Assembly: GCF_022846255.1 (NCBI RefSeq)
Contig: NZ_AP025682.1
Length of the DNA stretch: 64,000 nucleotides
Strand: one strand, 5' to 3'
Origin: Escherichia coli
GTDB taxonomy: Bacteria > Pseudomonadota > Gammaproteobacteria > Enterobacterales > Enterobacteriaceae
How positions within the stretch are numbered: the first letter of the stretch is position 1; every line of letters begins with the position of its first letter. The notes below the pieces were generated by a model. It did no database searches. It worked only from the letters and a program-made list of their open reading frames with translations, and was not told the origin of the DNA. Shown here piece after piece: positions 1 through 14,065 of this stretch. Made by a program: the position numbers and the translations under genes.

Positions 1-210
1 CGAGTTACATTTAGTTACATGTTTAACACTTGATTTAAGATTTGTAATGGCTAGATTGAAATCAGATGTAATCCATTAGTTTTATATTTTACCCATTTAG
101 GGCTGATTTATTACTACACACAGCAGTGCAACATCTGTCAGTACTTCTGGTGCTTCTATTTTAGAAGCAGCTGTCAGGTGTGCGATCAATAAAAAAAGCG
201 GGGTTTCATC
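1..210. promoter_or_regulatory. Partial csgD upstream control region and 5' leader (the csgB-csgD intergenic region continues left of the window)
   Basis: Non-coding AT-rich sequence immediately 5' of the csgD start at 211. The long divergent csgBAC/csgDEFG control region is established knowledge; individual sites were not mapped. Confidence 0.5.
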
Positions 211-861
<651 letters not shown>

Positions 862-865
862 AGCC

Positions 866-1255
866 ATGAAACGTTATTTACGCTGGATTGTGGCGGCAGA
901 ATTTCTGTTCGCCGCAGGGAATCTTCACGCCGTTGAGGTAGAAGTCCCGGGATTGTTAACTGACCATACTGTTTCATCTATTGGCCATGATTTTTACCGA
1001 GCCTTTAGTGATAAATGGGAAAGTGACTATACGGGTAACTTAACGATTAATGAAAGGCCCAGTGCACGATGGGGAAGTTGGATCACTATAACGGTCAATC
1101 AGGACGTTATTTTCCAGACTTTTTTATTCCCGTTGAAAAGAGACTTCGAAAAAACTGTCGTCTTTGCACTGATTCAAACTGAAGAAGCACTAAATCGTCG
1201 CCAGATAAATCAGGCGTTATTGAGTACGGGCGATTTGGCGCATGATGAATTCTAA
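866..1255 (+). CDS. csgE: Curli secretion specificity factor CsgE
   Basis: 129-aa ORF with a signal peptide, in the csgDEFG operon position. Confidence 0.93.
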
Positions 1256-1279
1256 ATAAAAAATTGTTCGGAGGCTGCA

Positions 1280-1696
1280 ATGCGTGTCAAACATGCAGTA
1301 GTTCTACTCATGCTTATTTCGCCATTAAGTTGGGCTGGAACCATGACTTTCCAGTTCCGTAATCCAAACTTTGGTGGTAACCCAAATAATGGCGCTTTTT
1401 TATTAAATAGCGCCCAGGCACAAAACTCTTATAAAGATCCGAGCTATAACGATGACTTTGGTATTGAAACGCCATCAGCGTTAGATAACTTTACTCAGGC
1501 CATCCAGTCACAAATTTTAGGTGGGCTACTGTCGAATATTAATACCGGTAAACCGGGCCGCATGGTGACCAACGATTATATTGTTGATATTGCTAACCGC
1601 GATGGTCAATTGCAGTTGAACGTGACAGATCGTAAAACCGGACAAACCTCGACCATCCAGGTTTCGGGTTTACAAAATAACTCAACCGATTTTTAA
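1280..1696 (+). CDS. csgF: Curli assembly/nucleation factor CsgF
   Basis: 138-aa ORF with a signal peptide, between csgE and csgG. Confidence 0.93.
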
Positions 1697-1722
1697 GCCC
1701 CAGCTTCATAAGGAAAATAATC

Positions 1723-2556
1723 ATGCAGCGCTTATTTCTTTTGGTTGCCGTCATGTTACTGAGCGGATGCTTAACCGCCCCGCCTAAAGAAGCCGCCAGA
1801 CCGACATTAATGCCTCGTGCTCAGAGCTACAAAGATTTGACCCATCTGCCAGCGCCGACGGGTAAGATCTTTGTTTCGGTATACAACATTCAGGACGAAA
1901 CCGGGCAATTTAAACCCTACCCGGCAAGTAACTTCTCCACTGCTGTTCCGCAAAGCGCCACGGCAATGCTGGTCACGGCATTGAAAGATTCTCGCTGGTT
2001 TATACCGCTGGAGCGCCAGGGCTTACAAAATCTGCTTAACGAGCGCAAGATTATTCGTGCGGCACAAGAAAACGGCACAGTTGCCATTAATAACCGAATC
2101 CCGCTGCAATCTTTAACGGCGGCAAATATCATGGTTGAAGGTTCGATTATCGGTTATGAAAGCAACGTCAAATCGGGCGGGGTTGGGGCAAGATATTTTG
2201 GGATCGGTGCCGACACGCAATACCAGCTCGATCAGATTGCCGTGAACCTGCGCGTCGTCAATGTGAGTACCGGTGAGATCCTCTCCTCGGTGAACACCAG
2301 TAAGACGATACTTTCTTATGAAGTTCAGGCCGGGGTTTTCCGCTTTATTGACTACCAGCGCTTGCTGGAAGGGGAAGTGGGTTACACCTCGAACGAACCT
2401 GTTATGCTGTGCCTGATGTCGGCTATCGAAACAGGGGTCATTTTCCTGATTAATGATGGTATCGACCGTGGTCTGTGGGATTTGCAAAATAAAGCAGAAC
2501 GGCAGAATGACATTCTGGTGAAATACCGCCATATGTCGGTTCCACCGGAATCCTGA
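1723..2556 (+). CDS. csgG: Curli outer-membrane secretion channel lipoprotein CsgG
   Basis: 277-aa ORF with an N-terminal lipoprotein signal (LLSGC lipobox) at the end of the operon. Confidence 0.95.
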   Translation: MQRLFLLVAVMLLSGCLTAPPKEAARPTLMPRAQSYKDLTHLPAPTGKIFVSVYNIQDETGQFKPYPASNFSTAVPQSATAMLVTALKDSRWFIPLERQGLQNLLNERKIIRAAQENGTVAINNRIPLQSLTAANIMVEGSIIGYESNVKSGGVGARYFGIGADTQYQLDQIAVNLRVVNVSTGEILSSVNTSKTILSYEVQAGVFRFIDYQRLLEGEVGYTSNEPVMLCLMSAIETGVIFLINDGIDRGLWDLQNKAERQNDILVKYRHMSVPPES

Positions 2557-2619
2557 TAGATAAAAAAGCCGGAATTATCATCCGGCATTTTACGGTTTAA
2601 GCGAAAGCGTGAGTGCCCC

Positions 2620-3111
2620 TCACGCTTTATTTTTGATTTGCTGCTCACGGTGAGCTGTCTTTGCACTACGCGCCGCCAACCACAGGCCGCTGTTTTTCAT
2701 TGCGTAACCAAATACCAGTCCAAGCGCCAGCGAAGGTAACACCAGTTTCCAGTCACCCTGCCCGGCAAACGTCGCGCATGCGCCTATAAACGTCCCCGGA
2801 ACAAATGAAAGCAGCAGCTGTTTGGCCTGGATACACATCAGAAACGCGACAATACCGGTTATGACATAACCGAGTATTTCCAGATGTGGTGCCAATGCAC
2901 TACCGTAAATAATGACCATCGCCCACACCACGCCACTAAGCAGGGTTGCAGCGGAGATCGCCAGCCCTTTCAGCCCACCTTGCGGGCAGGCAAAGTAGGC
3001 CGTACAGCCCAGGAAGCCCGCCCAGCTTAGTAAGCCCAGGGAAACAGCCACCCATCCCCAGATACCGGAGAGAATGCCTGTTGTGATTGCAATAGAGAGA
3101 AGTATGTTCAT
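2620..3111 (-). CDS. ycdZ: Inner membrane protein YcdZ (DUF1097)
   Basis: The ORF is 179 aa. The likely start is the internal MNILLSIAITTG, giving about 163 aa; the product is multi-TM and hydrophobic. Confidence 0.85.
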   Translation of the reverse strand: MNILLSIAITTGILSGIWGWVAVSLGLLSWAGFLGCTAYFACPQGGLKGLAISAATLLSGVVWAMVIIYGSALAPHLEILGYVITGIVAFLMCIQAKQLLLSFVPGTFIGACATFAGQGDWKLVLPSLALGLVFGYAMKNSGLWLAARSAKTAHREQQIKNKA

Positions 3112-3212
3112 GCCGCGCATGATAGCAGAAAACGCGGCCATGAATGAGATCGAGCACACATTTTATGCAACAACAAATTACCCGTTGCAGTTATGAGTGA
3201 TGCAGATCACAT

Positions 3213-3767
3213 TTACTCTTCAGAATCTTCTTCCAGCTCGTCCCACATTGCACTAATAGCATCGCGGGTTAGCGGTGCCATGGTGCGCCAGAAAGGCGTA
3301 GTTGCATGGGCCTCCACTTTGCCAAGGAACGCACCACACCAGGGTAACAGATACTCACTGAACAGTGTTTCCAGTGCTTCGCTCTCATCTTCCGTTGACT
3401 GATCTTCCAGCCAGGAAGCCGCAAGCAGCAATGTGCCGATGTGATCGGCTGGCGTATCCGCTAGTGGCATCCCTCGTTCGGAAAGAAAAGCGCGCACTTC
3501 CGCTTCCGTTGCGCCCTCAACCCATGCGCTACGATATGGCGGCACAGCACATTCATCGCCGATAAACAACGCATTGTAATCGGCAGAGACTTGCGTCATA
3601 TCACAGCTTTTCTGTAAACGCGTCAGTAACTCATCCTGCTCCAGTGGCCAGTTCGCAGCCAGTTTCCCCTCACGAATCAGGGTAAACAACGGCACCAGTA
3701 AAGGATCTTGCGGTTGGCGGTAATAGAGCGAACCCAGCACACGACAGAGGATAGAAAACTCATTCAT
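3213..3767 (-). CDS. ycdY: TorD-family redox enzyme maturation chaperone YcdY
   Basis: 184-aa ORF in the conserved position upstream of ycdX. Confidence 0.88.
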   Translation of the reverse strand: MNEFSILCRVLGSLYYRQPQDPLLVPLFTLIREGKLAANWPLEQDELLTRLQKSCDMTQVSADYNALFIGDECAVPPYRSAWVEGATEAEVRAFLSERGMPLADTPADHIGTLLLAASWLEDQSTEDESEALETLFSEYLLPWCGAFLGKVEAHATTPFWRTMAPLTRDAISAMWDELEEDSEE

Positions 3768-3790
3768 TAATATATTTCCATTACTAGTAA

Positions 3791-4528
3791 TTAAAGGTCT
3801 GCAAATTCCGCAATCGGTGCCATACCGCGAGATTCAAGGAAGTTAAGTAAGCGGCGCGGAGAAACATTCAAAATGCGCTCTGGCGGAAAATCTACCGCGT
3901 CGAGGATTTTAAGACACTCTTCAAATTCCCCCATGGTAAACGCAGTGTGAGAATCCGAGCCTAATGCCACCCAACCTCCAGCGTCACGTACCGCTGCGGC
4001 TATCGCACGACAGTTGTCTTCACTGCCCTTACGTGAGTGTAAAAATGAGGAATTATTGATTTCCAGCGCCACCTGATGTTTCGCGGCTGCTTCAGCAACG
4101 GCTTTAACATCTATCTCATATTTCGGATTTCCGGGATGGCTTATTATATGCACATTGCCGCTGGCGATAGTGGCGATCATCGCTTGTGTATTGGTCGCTT
4201 TGTCATGTGGCGCAAAAACCGGCTCATGAAAACCGGCAATAATCAGATCCAGCGAATCAAACATTTTGCCGCTGCAGTCAATTTCACCATCAACATTTTT
4301 AATGTTAGCTTCGATGCCGCGCAGGATCCCTACCCCATCAACCACTCGCGGCCAGATACGCATGTTAATGAAGTGCCAGTGATGCGGCGCATCTTCCATA
4401 TCCGGGCCATGATCGGTGATAGCAAAAAGTTTAATGCCCTTTTGTTTGGCCTGGGCAATGTAATCACTCAATGTGCTATATGCATGCGTGCTGGCAACGG
4501 TATGCATATGAAGGTCGACGGGATACAT
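3791..4528 (-). CDS. ycdX: PHP-domain zinc phosphatase YcdX
   Basis: 245 aa with an N-terminal [13 protein letters not shown] His motif typical of the PHP fold. Confidence 0.9.
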   Translation of the reverse strand: MYPVDLHMHTVASTHAYSTLSDYIAQAKQKGIKLFAITDHGPDMEDAPHHWHFINMRIWPRVVDGVGILRGIEANIKNVDGEIDCSGKMFDSLDLIIAGFHEPVFAPHDKATNTQAMIATIASGNVHIISHPGNPKYEIDVKAVAEAAAKHQVALEINNSSFLHSRKGSEDNCRAIAAAVRDAGGWVALGSDSHTAFTMGEFEECLKILDAVDFPPERILNVSPRRLLNFLESRGMAPIAEFADL

Positions 4529-4582
4529 AACTCTCTCCTGTATTCAATTCCCGCCAAGGATAGCAGGAAACCTGATGCTTTA

Positions 4583-5572
<990 letters not shown>

Positions 5573-5753
5573 CTACAAAGACCACCAGCATAACAAATCC
5601 GTGGTCGGTGGCAAAAAAAGCAAATTTCGCTTATTAAAACTGCATATTGATTGAAGTTTGAATAATCGAGCGGTTTTTTAAAAAAGTTTGTTGACCTCAG
5701 GTCATGATTTCCCTAAATTAGCGCCCGTTCCAGCAAGACAGGAACGACAATTT

Positions 5754-5841
5754 GGTGAGGTGTCCGAGTGGCTGAAGGAGCACGCCTGGAAAGTGTGTAT
5801 ACGGCAACGTATCGGGGGTTCGAATCCCCCCCTCACCGCCA
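5754..5841 (+). tRNA. serX: tRNA-Ser (anticodon GGA) with long variable arm
   Basis: GGTGAGGTGTCCGAGTGGCTGAAGGAGCACGCCTGGAAAGTGTGTATACGGCAACGTATCGGGGGTTCGAATCCCCCCCTCACCGCCA: acceptor stem pairs, the anticodon loop carries GGA, and a T-loop GGTTCGAATCC is followed by CCA. Confidence 0.93.
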
Positions 5842-5932
5842 TATTTAAAGAAGAGCTCGTACGAAAGTGCGAGTTTTTTTTCGTCTATTGCATACACCGG
5901 GGGGATGAGAAGCCCCGACCGGGGATACCTGG

Positions 5933-6619
5933 TTAATGCAACGGTTCACTCTTTGTCGCCGCGACTAATGGGCGAATTTTGTCACGGGTATCCCAGACCG
6001 GAGGGATTTCCTCCAATTTAGTGACAGAAGCTCGTACAAAAGGCACCCGAGCAAGAGTCATAATCGTATCCAACCAATGGTCACGAATAATGCGATCTGC
6101 CCTTTCATGACTCGGATCATCCAGCTCAATAACACCGACTATTTTATTGTTCTTCTTTGAAACCAGCACATAATCCATTGCCATGCCATTATAAATAGCA
6201 AAGAAACGCTTTCTTTCTTCTTCGCTAAACTCGGGTTGTTCTGGAAAGTTGATCAAGCGCCCCAGAGAGACCTGGCAATGGATATGGCAATAATGTCCAA
6301 ACCATTTCTCCAGATTATCGAAATAGATTTTCTCACAACGCGTAATTAACCACTCTTTTCCTTCCAATAAAATGCCTTCGGCAACCATTCCCTGAAATAA
6401 CTCATCTCGTTCTTGCCAACGAGAATCACGATAGGTTTTCTGCGGTGTATAGCTCCTTGTCGACGCCTTAGCTGCAGGGGGAGTTGCAGATGAAGGGACT
6501 GGTTGCGATTTAGAGATGATCACCGATGAGGCAACTTTTCGGAGTGTCAATTTTCTGGCAACAACAAAACCGGCGACAAATGCAATTGTCAAACAAGTTA
6601 CAAAAGCCATAAAGCTCAT
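5933..6619 (-). CDS. Membrane-anchored DUF2726/NERD-like (PD-(D/E)xK-like) protein; strain-specific, occupying the position of ycdU/ymdE/ycdT/pgaABCD in K-12
   Basis: 228-aa ORF with an N-terminal TM helix (FVTCLTIAFVAGFVVARKL), an S/P/T-rich linker and a C-terminal domain carrying a nuclease-like VIELDD...SHE motif; flanked by AT-rich non-coding DNA next to tRNA-Ser. Confidence 0.55.
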   Translation of the reverse strand: MSFMAFVTCLTIAFVAGFVVARKLTLRKVASSVIISKSQPVPSSATPPAAKASTRSYTPQKTYRDSRWQERDELFQGMVAEGILLEGKEWLITRCEKIYFDNLEKWFGHYCHIHCQVSLGRLINFPEQPEFSEEERKRFFAIYNGMAMDYVLVSKKNNKIVGVIELDDPSHERADRIIRDHWLDTIMTLARVPFVRASVTKLEEIPPVWDTRDKIRPLVAATKSEPLH

Positions 6620-7159
6620 AATTAATTTTCACCTATCCATGTTGATTATATTTCATTACCAACGTTACTCGCTGTAGCGTGTTACATGCCAACAATTCAA
6701 CGATCAATATATAGTTAGTATCATGTTTTTATTATTACAACCACCCCTATTTTGCCATTGCGGCTTGCCTTCCACAAAAAATAACAACACAAAATATTAG
6801 CCAAAGAATTAATTAAGATTAACCTGACATTTTTAATGTTATCCCTAAAAAATATAATCAGGGGAATGTATTCGGTGTTAATCAGTCAGTCAAATTATGG
6901 TCCATTATTGATGGAACCTCATACGCAAAATTGGCACCAGACCTCCTGTACAGGTTGAATGGCTGAAAAAAGATAGGCAGATGCTCGATTTTTGGGCTTC
7001 TGAAAGAAAAACTCTCCGCACTGGCGGTATTACACTGGTCTGGTGCTATGACGACAAATGCCCGGTAAGAGTATCTAAACCTGAATTCATTTCAGCTTAT
7101 CAACACGCTCAAAGTCGCCCCCTGAACGTTAACCTGAAGTGAAAATCTTTGCTGTTAAT

Positions 7160-7190
7160 GAAATAAAACAAAGCCCGGTTCGCCCGGGCT
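7160..7190 (-). terminator. Rho-independent terminator of phoH
   Basis: Hairpin AGCCCGG-TTCG-CCGGGCT followed on the minus strand by TTTGTTTTATTT, just 3' of the phoH stop. Confidence 0.7.
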
Positions 7191-7207
7191 CTGCACCGAT
7201 AATACAC

Positions 7208-8272
7208 TTAACTGTATGCATGTAGCGTACGTTGGCAAAGTGCCGAACGTACGCAATCCTCTTTACCGAATCGGACGATCCCGACCATTTCATCCTCTTC
7301 GAAACGTTCCAGCGCGTCACTTAATCCGGAGCGCACGCCGCGAGGCAAATCGCATTGCGTGATATCACCGTTGACGATAACCGTCACGTTCTCCCCGAGG
7401 CGGGTTAAAAACATTTTCATTTGCGCGGCAGTCACATTCTGCGCCTCGTCAAGAATGACGACTGCATTTTCAAAGGTACGTCCACGCATATAGGCGAACG
7501 GCGCAATTTCCACCTTCCCTATTTCCGGTCGCAGGCAGTACTGCATAAAGGAAGCCCCTAAGCGACGGACCAGCACGTCGTAGACCGGGCGAAAATAGGG
7601 AGCAAACTTTTCTGCGATATCACCAGGTAAGAAACCAAGATCTTCATCGGCTTGCAGAACTGGACGGGTAACGATAATCCTGTCGACATCCTTATGTATC
7701 AGGGCCTCTGCCGCTTTTGCTGCGCTGATCCAGGTTTTTCCGCACCCGGCTTCGCCCGTGGCAAATATCAGCTGCTTACTCTCAATAGCCTTCAGATAGT
7801 GCAATTGCGCTTCATTTCGCGCGAGGATGGGCGAGGTATCGCGACTGTCGCGGGCCATACCAATGGCTTCTACGCCGCTCATCTGCACAAGCGAGGTGAC
7901 CGATTCTTCTTCACGCTGCTTATGGCTGCGCGAATCCCGTCTCAGCACACGTTTTGCCTCGCGACGAGCTTTGATCACTGCTTTTTGTCTTCCCATGGAG
8001 AGCACCTTGAGTTGTTTGTATTCATCACACGCGCCGTTGGCAGCGCGATTATGCGCACGAACATCAGAGGGTTGGCTTCCTTGTAAGCCATAGTTTGCTT
8101 TTGGATAAAATGCCGAAAAACGGCTACGCGCACCGTTTACGGCGTCGGTAACACATGAAAAGAAAGGATGAGGTTGAAAATACAAAGTGACGAGATGACT
8201 ACCGGAGGAGAAATCTCCGCGAGTGGTGGCGCGCTGATTATCTGAAACATGTCCAGTACAGGACGTTACCAT
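7208..8272 (-). CDS. phoH: Phosphate-starvation-inducible ATPase PhoH
   Basis: 354 aa with a Walker A motif (GEAGCGKT) and a PhoH-family C-terminal domain. Confidence 0.93.
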   Translation of the reverse strand: MVTSCTGHVSDNQRATTRGDFSSGSHLVTLYFQPHPFFSCVTDAVNGARSRFSAFYPKANYGLQGSQPSDVRAHNRAANGACDEYKQLKVLSMGRQKAVIKARREAKRVLRRDSRSHKQREEESVTSLVQMSGVEAIGMARDSRDTSPILARNEAQLHYLKAIESKQLIFATGEAGCGKTWISAAKAAEALIHKDVDRIIVTRPVLQADEDLGFLPGDIAEKFAPYFRPVYDVLVRRLGASFMQYCLRPEIGKVEIAPFAYMRGRTFENAVVILDEAQNVTAAQMKMFLTRLGENVTVIVNGDITQCDLPRGVRSGLSDALERFEEDEMVGIVRFGKEDCVRSALCQRTLHAYS

Positions 8273-8420
8273 CCGCGATCTCCATAGTGACTGACTATCA
8301 CTGCCGGGAACTTCCGCTGCTACTTAATAAGTACAACAGATTTCGCATTCATTGCAACAATATATTCACTTATATTTAACTATAAAACACCATTTCAGTG
8401 ACATTAGTTTCTACCGGAAA

Positions 8421-8440
8421 GATGACAGAGTGATGACAGT
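8421..8440 (-). promoter_or_regulatory. Pho box (PhoB binding site) upstream of phoH
   Basis: On the phoH strand this reads CTGTCATCACTCTGTCAT, two CTGTCAT direct repeats with the 7-4-7 spacing typical of PhoB boxes, about 150 bp upstream of the start. Confidence 0.6.
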
Positions 8441-8464
8441 GATGAAAAAAGCTGTGTGCTTTCA

Positions 8465-8625
8465 GCAGGATTCGCAGTACTGGTAAAAGCTTGCCGGATG
8501 CGGCTTGAACGCCTTATCCAACCTACCGACCCGCACCGATTGTAGGCATGATAAGACGCGCAAGCGTCGCATCAGCGCACGAACGCCTGGTGCGGCGTAA
8601 ACGCCTTATCCGCCTAAAAACATTA
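8465..8625. repeat. REP/BIME cluster between phoH and efeB
   Basis: Imperfect palindromes of the gccggatgcgg...cgccttatcc and gtaggcatgataagacgcg...cgtcgcatcag types, characteristic of E. coli REP elements. Confidence 0.7.
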
Positions 8626-9894
8626 AACCCGCAATAATGCGCTTCCGAGATAATCGTTCGCGTCCTTCACACCCGGCAGCGCAAAGAAATAGCCGCCACC
8701 GATAGGTTTGACATATTCCTCCAGCGCCTCGCCATTCAACCTTTTTTGTACTGTCAGGAAGCCCTTTTCCAGATCGTGTTGGTAGCAGACAAACAGTAGC
8801 CCCATATCGAGTTGCCCGGAATTGGTGACGCCCAACGAATAACTGTAGCCACGACGCAGCATCAGGCTGGACTCGCTCTCCGCCGTGCGGGGATTCGCCA
8901 GCCGGATATGGCTGTCCAGCGCAATCACCTTCCCTTCCGGATCGCTAGCGTAATCGGGAACATCATGCTCATGCAGCATGCCCAGCGGCGCACCGGTTTG
9001 CTTATCACGACCAAATATCGTCTGCTGCTCTTTCAGCGGCGTTCTGTCCCAAAATTCCACTCGAAACTGAATCAAGCGTACTGCCTGATAGCTGCCACCG
9101 ATTGTCCACGCAGGCTCCTGCTGATCTGCCGTCACCCACACCACTTTTTGCATCAACTTCGCATTCTGGCTATCGGGATTGGCGGTGCCGTCTTTAAAGC
9201 CCAGCAAATTTATCGGCGTCTCTTTGCCTTTACTACGCGCTGCGTGGTCGGAAATAAACCCTTCCCGCTTCCAGCGCACGCTGAGCAAATCCGGCGTGTG
9301 TTTGATGATATCGCGCAGCGCATGGATCACCGTGTCCTGGGTGTTGGCGCAAATTTGTAGCAACACATCACCATGACATAACGCCGCATCCAGCGAGTCG
9401 TTAGGGAAACGCGTCATCTTCTGCAACTTTTTTGGCATCTGTGGCGCAAGGCCAAAGCGCTCATCAAACAATGAGTGACCCACCGATAACGTGATGGTGA
9501 GATTATCGGGCGCAATGTAGCCGCCAAGAATGCCGGAATCGAGTGGTGGCAGGCGCGGATTTGGCGTTTCTGGTGCAGCTCCGCCCTGAGTCAGAAAAGC
9601 AAAACGCTGAGTCAACAAGCGAAACAACCGTTCAAGATCGGCTTTATCGCTGGCAAGCACATCAAACGCCACCAGCATCATTGCAGCCTGTTGTGGTGTC
9701 AGGATCCCTGCCTGATGCTCACCATAAAACGGCTGTTTCTCATTGCGTGCATCCGGTGAAAGCGTACCCGGCGCACTTTGCGTTTTTTGTGCATGAGCGA
9801 CCGGACAACTTCCCGCCAGCGCCAGCGCACCAATCCCTTTCAGTAAATGTCGGCGTGACGGTTCATTCACGCCGTTTTCATCTTCATACTGCAT
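8623..9894 (-). CDS. efeB: Dye-decolorizing heme peroxidase/deferrochelatase EfeB (Tat substrate)
   Basis: 423 aa with a twin-arginine signal ([16 protein letters not shown]). Confidence 0.93.
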   Translation of the reverse strand: MQYEDENGVNEPSRRHLLKGIGALALAGSCPVAHAQKTQSAPGTLSPDARNEKQPFYGEHQAGILTPQQAAMMLVAFDVLASDKADLERLFRLLTQRFAFLTQGGAAPETPNPRLPPLDSGILGGYIAPDNLTITLSVGHSLFDERFGLAPQMPKKLQKMTRFPNDSLDAALCHGDVLLQICANTQDTVIHALRDIIKHTPDLLSVRWKREGFISDHAARSKGKETPINLLGFKDGTANPDSQNAKLMQKVVWVTADQQEPAWTIGGSYQAVRLIQFRVEFWDRTPLKEQQTIFGRDKQTGAPLGMLHEHDVPDYASDPEGKVIALDSHIRLANPRTAESESSLMLRRGYSYSLGVTNSGQLDMGLLFVCYQHDLEKGFLTVQKRLNGEALEEYVKPIGGGYFFALPGVKDANDYLGSALLRV

Positions 9895-9899
9895 AACGC

Positions 9900-11027
9900 T
9901 TAGTCCAGTCCCAGCACACCGCGAAGTTGCGCCAGATCTTCCGCCAGCGCAGTAATCGGTCCTTTCAGTGCATTCCGGTCGGCATCGGTCAGTTTGTCGT
10001 AATTTTCAAAACCCTCTTTAGTGCGGTATTTCGCCAGAATAGTATCGACCTTTTTGAAGTTGGCATCGACTTTTGCCAGCAGTTCCGGATTCGCTTTTTG
10101 TAGTTGTGGACGCAGCAGATCGACAATTTTCTGCGAGCCTTCAACGTTAGCCTGGAAATCCCACAGATCGGTGTGGCTGTAGCGATCTTCTTCACCGCTG
10201 ATTTTGCTGGCCGCCACTTCCTCAATCAGTCCGGCTGCACCGCCGACCACTTTTGAAGGTGGGAAAGCCAGTTCACTGATGCGTTTTTGCAAATCGACCA
10301 CATCGGTATAAAGCTGGTCAGCATACTTATCCATCCCTTTGGTGGTGTTATCGCCAAACAATGCTTTTTCCAGACGGTGGAAACCGGTGAATTTTGGATC
10401 GGCGGCTTTTTGCTCGTAATCATCTTCACGGGCGTCAATGCTGCCATCCAGATCGGAGAACAGTTCAGCAATCGGTTCGATGCGCTCATAGTGCTGGCGC
10501 GTCGGCGCATACAGTGCTTTCGCTTTTTCGATATCGCCTGCTTTAATAGCGTCGGTAAAGGCTTTGGTGTCGGTCACCAATTGCGTGGTTTCCGCCATGA
10601 CATACGCTTTATATGCAGTAATTGCACCACCAAGACTTAACAGCGCATCACTTTGCGCCGCATCCGCCGTTGCTTCACCTTTGACGATCAACTTCCCTTT
10701 CGGGTTAGTCAGCAGACCGCAGGTCATATCGTATTCGCCAGGCTGTAAATTCGCCGTCATTTTCTGGCTAAAACCAGGGGCGATATTTTCCCGCTCTTCC
10801 ACCACCATCACGCCTTTGAGGATCTCCCACTCCAGCGCCTTCTGGCTGTGGTTCTGAATAATGAACTGTGTTTTCCCGGCGTTAACCGTAATGGTCATCG
10901 GCTCGCACTGTTTATCTGTCACAGTGACTTTGACTTGCGGAATATCGGCGGCGTTAGCCATAAAAGCAGAAGAGAACAGCGCAGCCACGCTCAACTGCAA
11001 TGCGTTACGGCGGAAGTTAATGGTCAT
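9900..11027 (-). CDS. efeO: Periplasmic iron uptake protein EfeO (cupredoxin/M75 domains)
   Basis: 375-aa ORF with a signal peptide, lying between efeU and efeB. Confidence 0.92.
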   Translation of the reverse strand: MTINFRRNALQLSVAALFSSAFMANAADIPQVKVTVTDKQCEPMTITVNAGKTQFIIQNHSQKALEWEILKGVMVVEERENIAPGFSQKMTANLQPGEYDMTCGLLTNPKGKLIVKGEATADAAQSDALLSLGGAITAYKAYVMAETTQLVTDTKAFTDAIKAGDIEKAKALYAPTRQHYERIEPIAELFSDLDGSIDAREDDYEQKAADPKFTGFHRLEKALFGDNTTKGMDKYADQLYTDVVDLQKRISELAFPPSKVVGGAAGLIEEVAASKISGEEDRYSHTDLWDFQANVEGSQKIVDLLRPQLQKANPELLAKVDANFKKVDTILAKYRTKEGFENYDKLTDADRNALKGPITALAEDLAQLRGVLGLD

Positions 11028-11084
11028 GACGAGACTATCCCTTTAAAGTATGTTGTAACTAAGCAAGAGTTTGCGTCGTATTTG

Positions 11085-11924
11085 CTACGCGGAGCGAGAC
11101 GCTGTCGCCCCTGCACGTGGTGGCAGGGCAAATGCCACCAGCGCCGGGATGAGATAAATAAACCAGACGGCGACTTCGCTGACGCTCGGCGCTTCCTGAT
11201 AGCCAAAAATCCCTTCCATCAGCGTGCCAAACAGCGAGTGAGTTGAGAGCACCGCGCTCATATCGAAGGCGATTTCCTGAAAGTGGTTCCACAATCCGGC
11301 TTCATGAAATGCGCGAATGGCACCAGCCGCCAGCCCTGCGGCGACGAAGAGAATAAACAGGCTGGTCCATTTAAAAAATGCACCAAGATTGAGGCGAATA
11401 CCGCCCCAGTAGAGCAGGAAGCCAAGCACCACGGCTGTAGCAAGACCGAGCATTGCACCCAGCGGCGGCCAGATCCCGACATCTTGTTGAAATGCCGCCA
11501 GCAGGAAAAAGACCGACTCCAGCCCTTCCCTTGCAACGGCAAAAAAAACCATCATCACCAGCGCCCAGCCATGATGATTTCCACGCTGCAATGCGCTATC
11601 GACTGCCTGCTCCAGTTGTACTTTGACGTTGCGCGACACTTTGCGCATCCAGAAAACCATCCAGGTAAGGATCACCACGGCGATCACCGCCACGATACCT
11701 TCAAACAGTTCCTGTTCTTTTTGCGGAAATTCGCCGGTGGTTTCGTTAATGAAGATACCCAAGCCCAGGCACAACGCAGCGGCAAGCAACACGCCAATCC
11801 ACATCACACCAATCCATCGGCCTCGCTGGGTACGCTTAAGATAGCTGGCAATCAAACTGACAATCAGCGCGGCTTCAAGTCCTTCGCGCAACATAATGAG
11901 AAACGGAACAAACATGCCACCCAC
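11085..11924 (-). CDS. efeU: Ferrous iron permease EfeU (FTR1 family), apparently intact
   Basis: Uninterrupted 279-aa ORF (the true start is probably the internal MFVPFLIM, about 276 aa) with two REGLE motifs (REGLEAA, REGLESV). Confidence 0.9.
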   Translation of the reverse strand: MGGMFVPFLIMLREGLEAALIVSLIASYLKRTQRGRWIGVMWIGVLLAAALCLGLGIFINETTGEFPQKEQELFEGIVAVIAVVILTWMVFWMRKVSRNVKVQLEQAVDSALQRGNHHGWALVMMVFFAVAREGLESVFFLLAAFQQDVGIWPPLGAMLGLATAVVLGFLLYWGGIRLNLGAFFKWTSLFILFVAAGLAAGAIRAFHEAGLWNHFQEIAFDMSAVLSTHSLFGTLMEGIFGYQEAPSVSEVAVWFIYLIPALVAFALPPRAGATASRSA

Positions 11925-12134
11925 CCTTAAACGTTTTTCTGAGTCAATCTATGCAAAGAAAAGTAAATCGCAGTGATAGCGATTATCATTACGATGAAGA
12001 AAAATACAAGTGGAATGTAGTGATAATGATGAGAAGATGTAAAAATATTTTGAGAAAAAACGCAGAGGGCAATCACTGATTGCCCTCTGCCTGCTTCCTG
12101 TTATGACGTGAAATTTCCGGTAAAACGCCTTCCC

Positions 12135-13643
<1,509 letters not shown>

Positions 13644-13829
13644 CTAAAGTCTCCAAAAAATTATTATCGGCAATGTCGAAACTTGCCGTTATATCTGCCA
13701 CCGGAACGGGGTAACAGAGTTTATGTTTTACCAGGGCGACCGTATCCTGCCGGAAGCGCTGGTTATTCACAATCGATTTAACACACCATTTACATTAAAT
13801 TTTAGTGCTCAGCGACACTATTTTTCATC

Positions 13830-14040
13830 AGGTTGCACTCTCTCACATTTTTTGCGGTTGCACCTTTCAAAAATGTTAACTGCCGCAGAGAAAAAGTCTG
13901 AGTTATTTTTTTAATCCCTGTCATATCGATTTCTTTTATTAACATTTCATTCATTTTTAAGCTTGCTACGCAGGTCACATTTAACATGGTTGCACAAAGT
14001 TGCAACATCATGGATATTTCACGATAACGTTAAGTTGCAC
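13830..14040. promoter_or_regulatory. put control region with five PutA operator motifs (GTTGCA)
   Basis: GTTGCA occurs at 13832, 13857, 13989, 13999 and 14034 in the putP-putA divergent intergenic region, matching the known PutA operator half-site. Confidence 0.8.
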
Positions 14041-14065
14041 CTTTCAGAACAACAGGAGTAATGGC

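Noticed and set aside
5688-5936. 82-aa + strand ORF
   Set aside because: It reads straight through the tRNA-Ser gene, so the tRNA call takes precedence.
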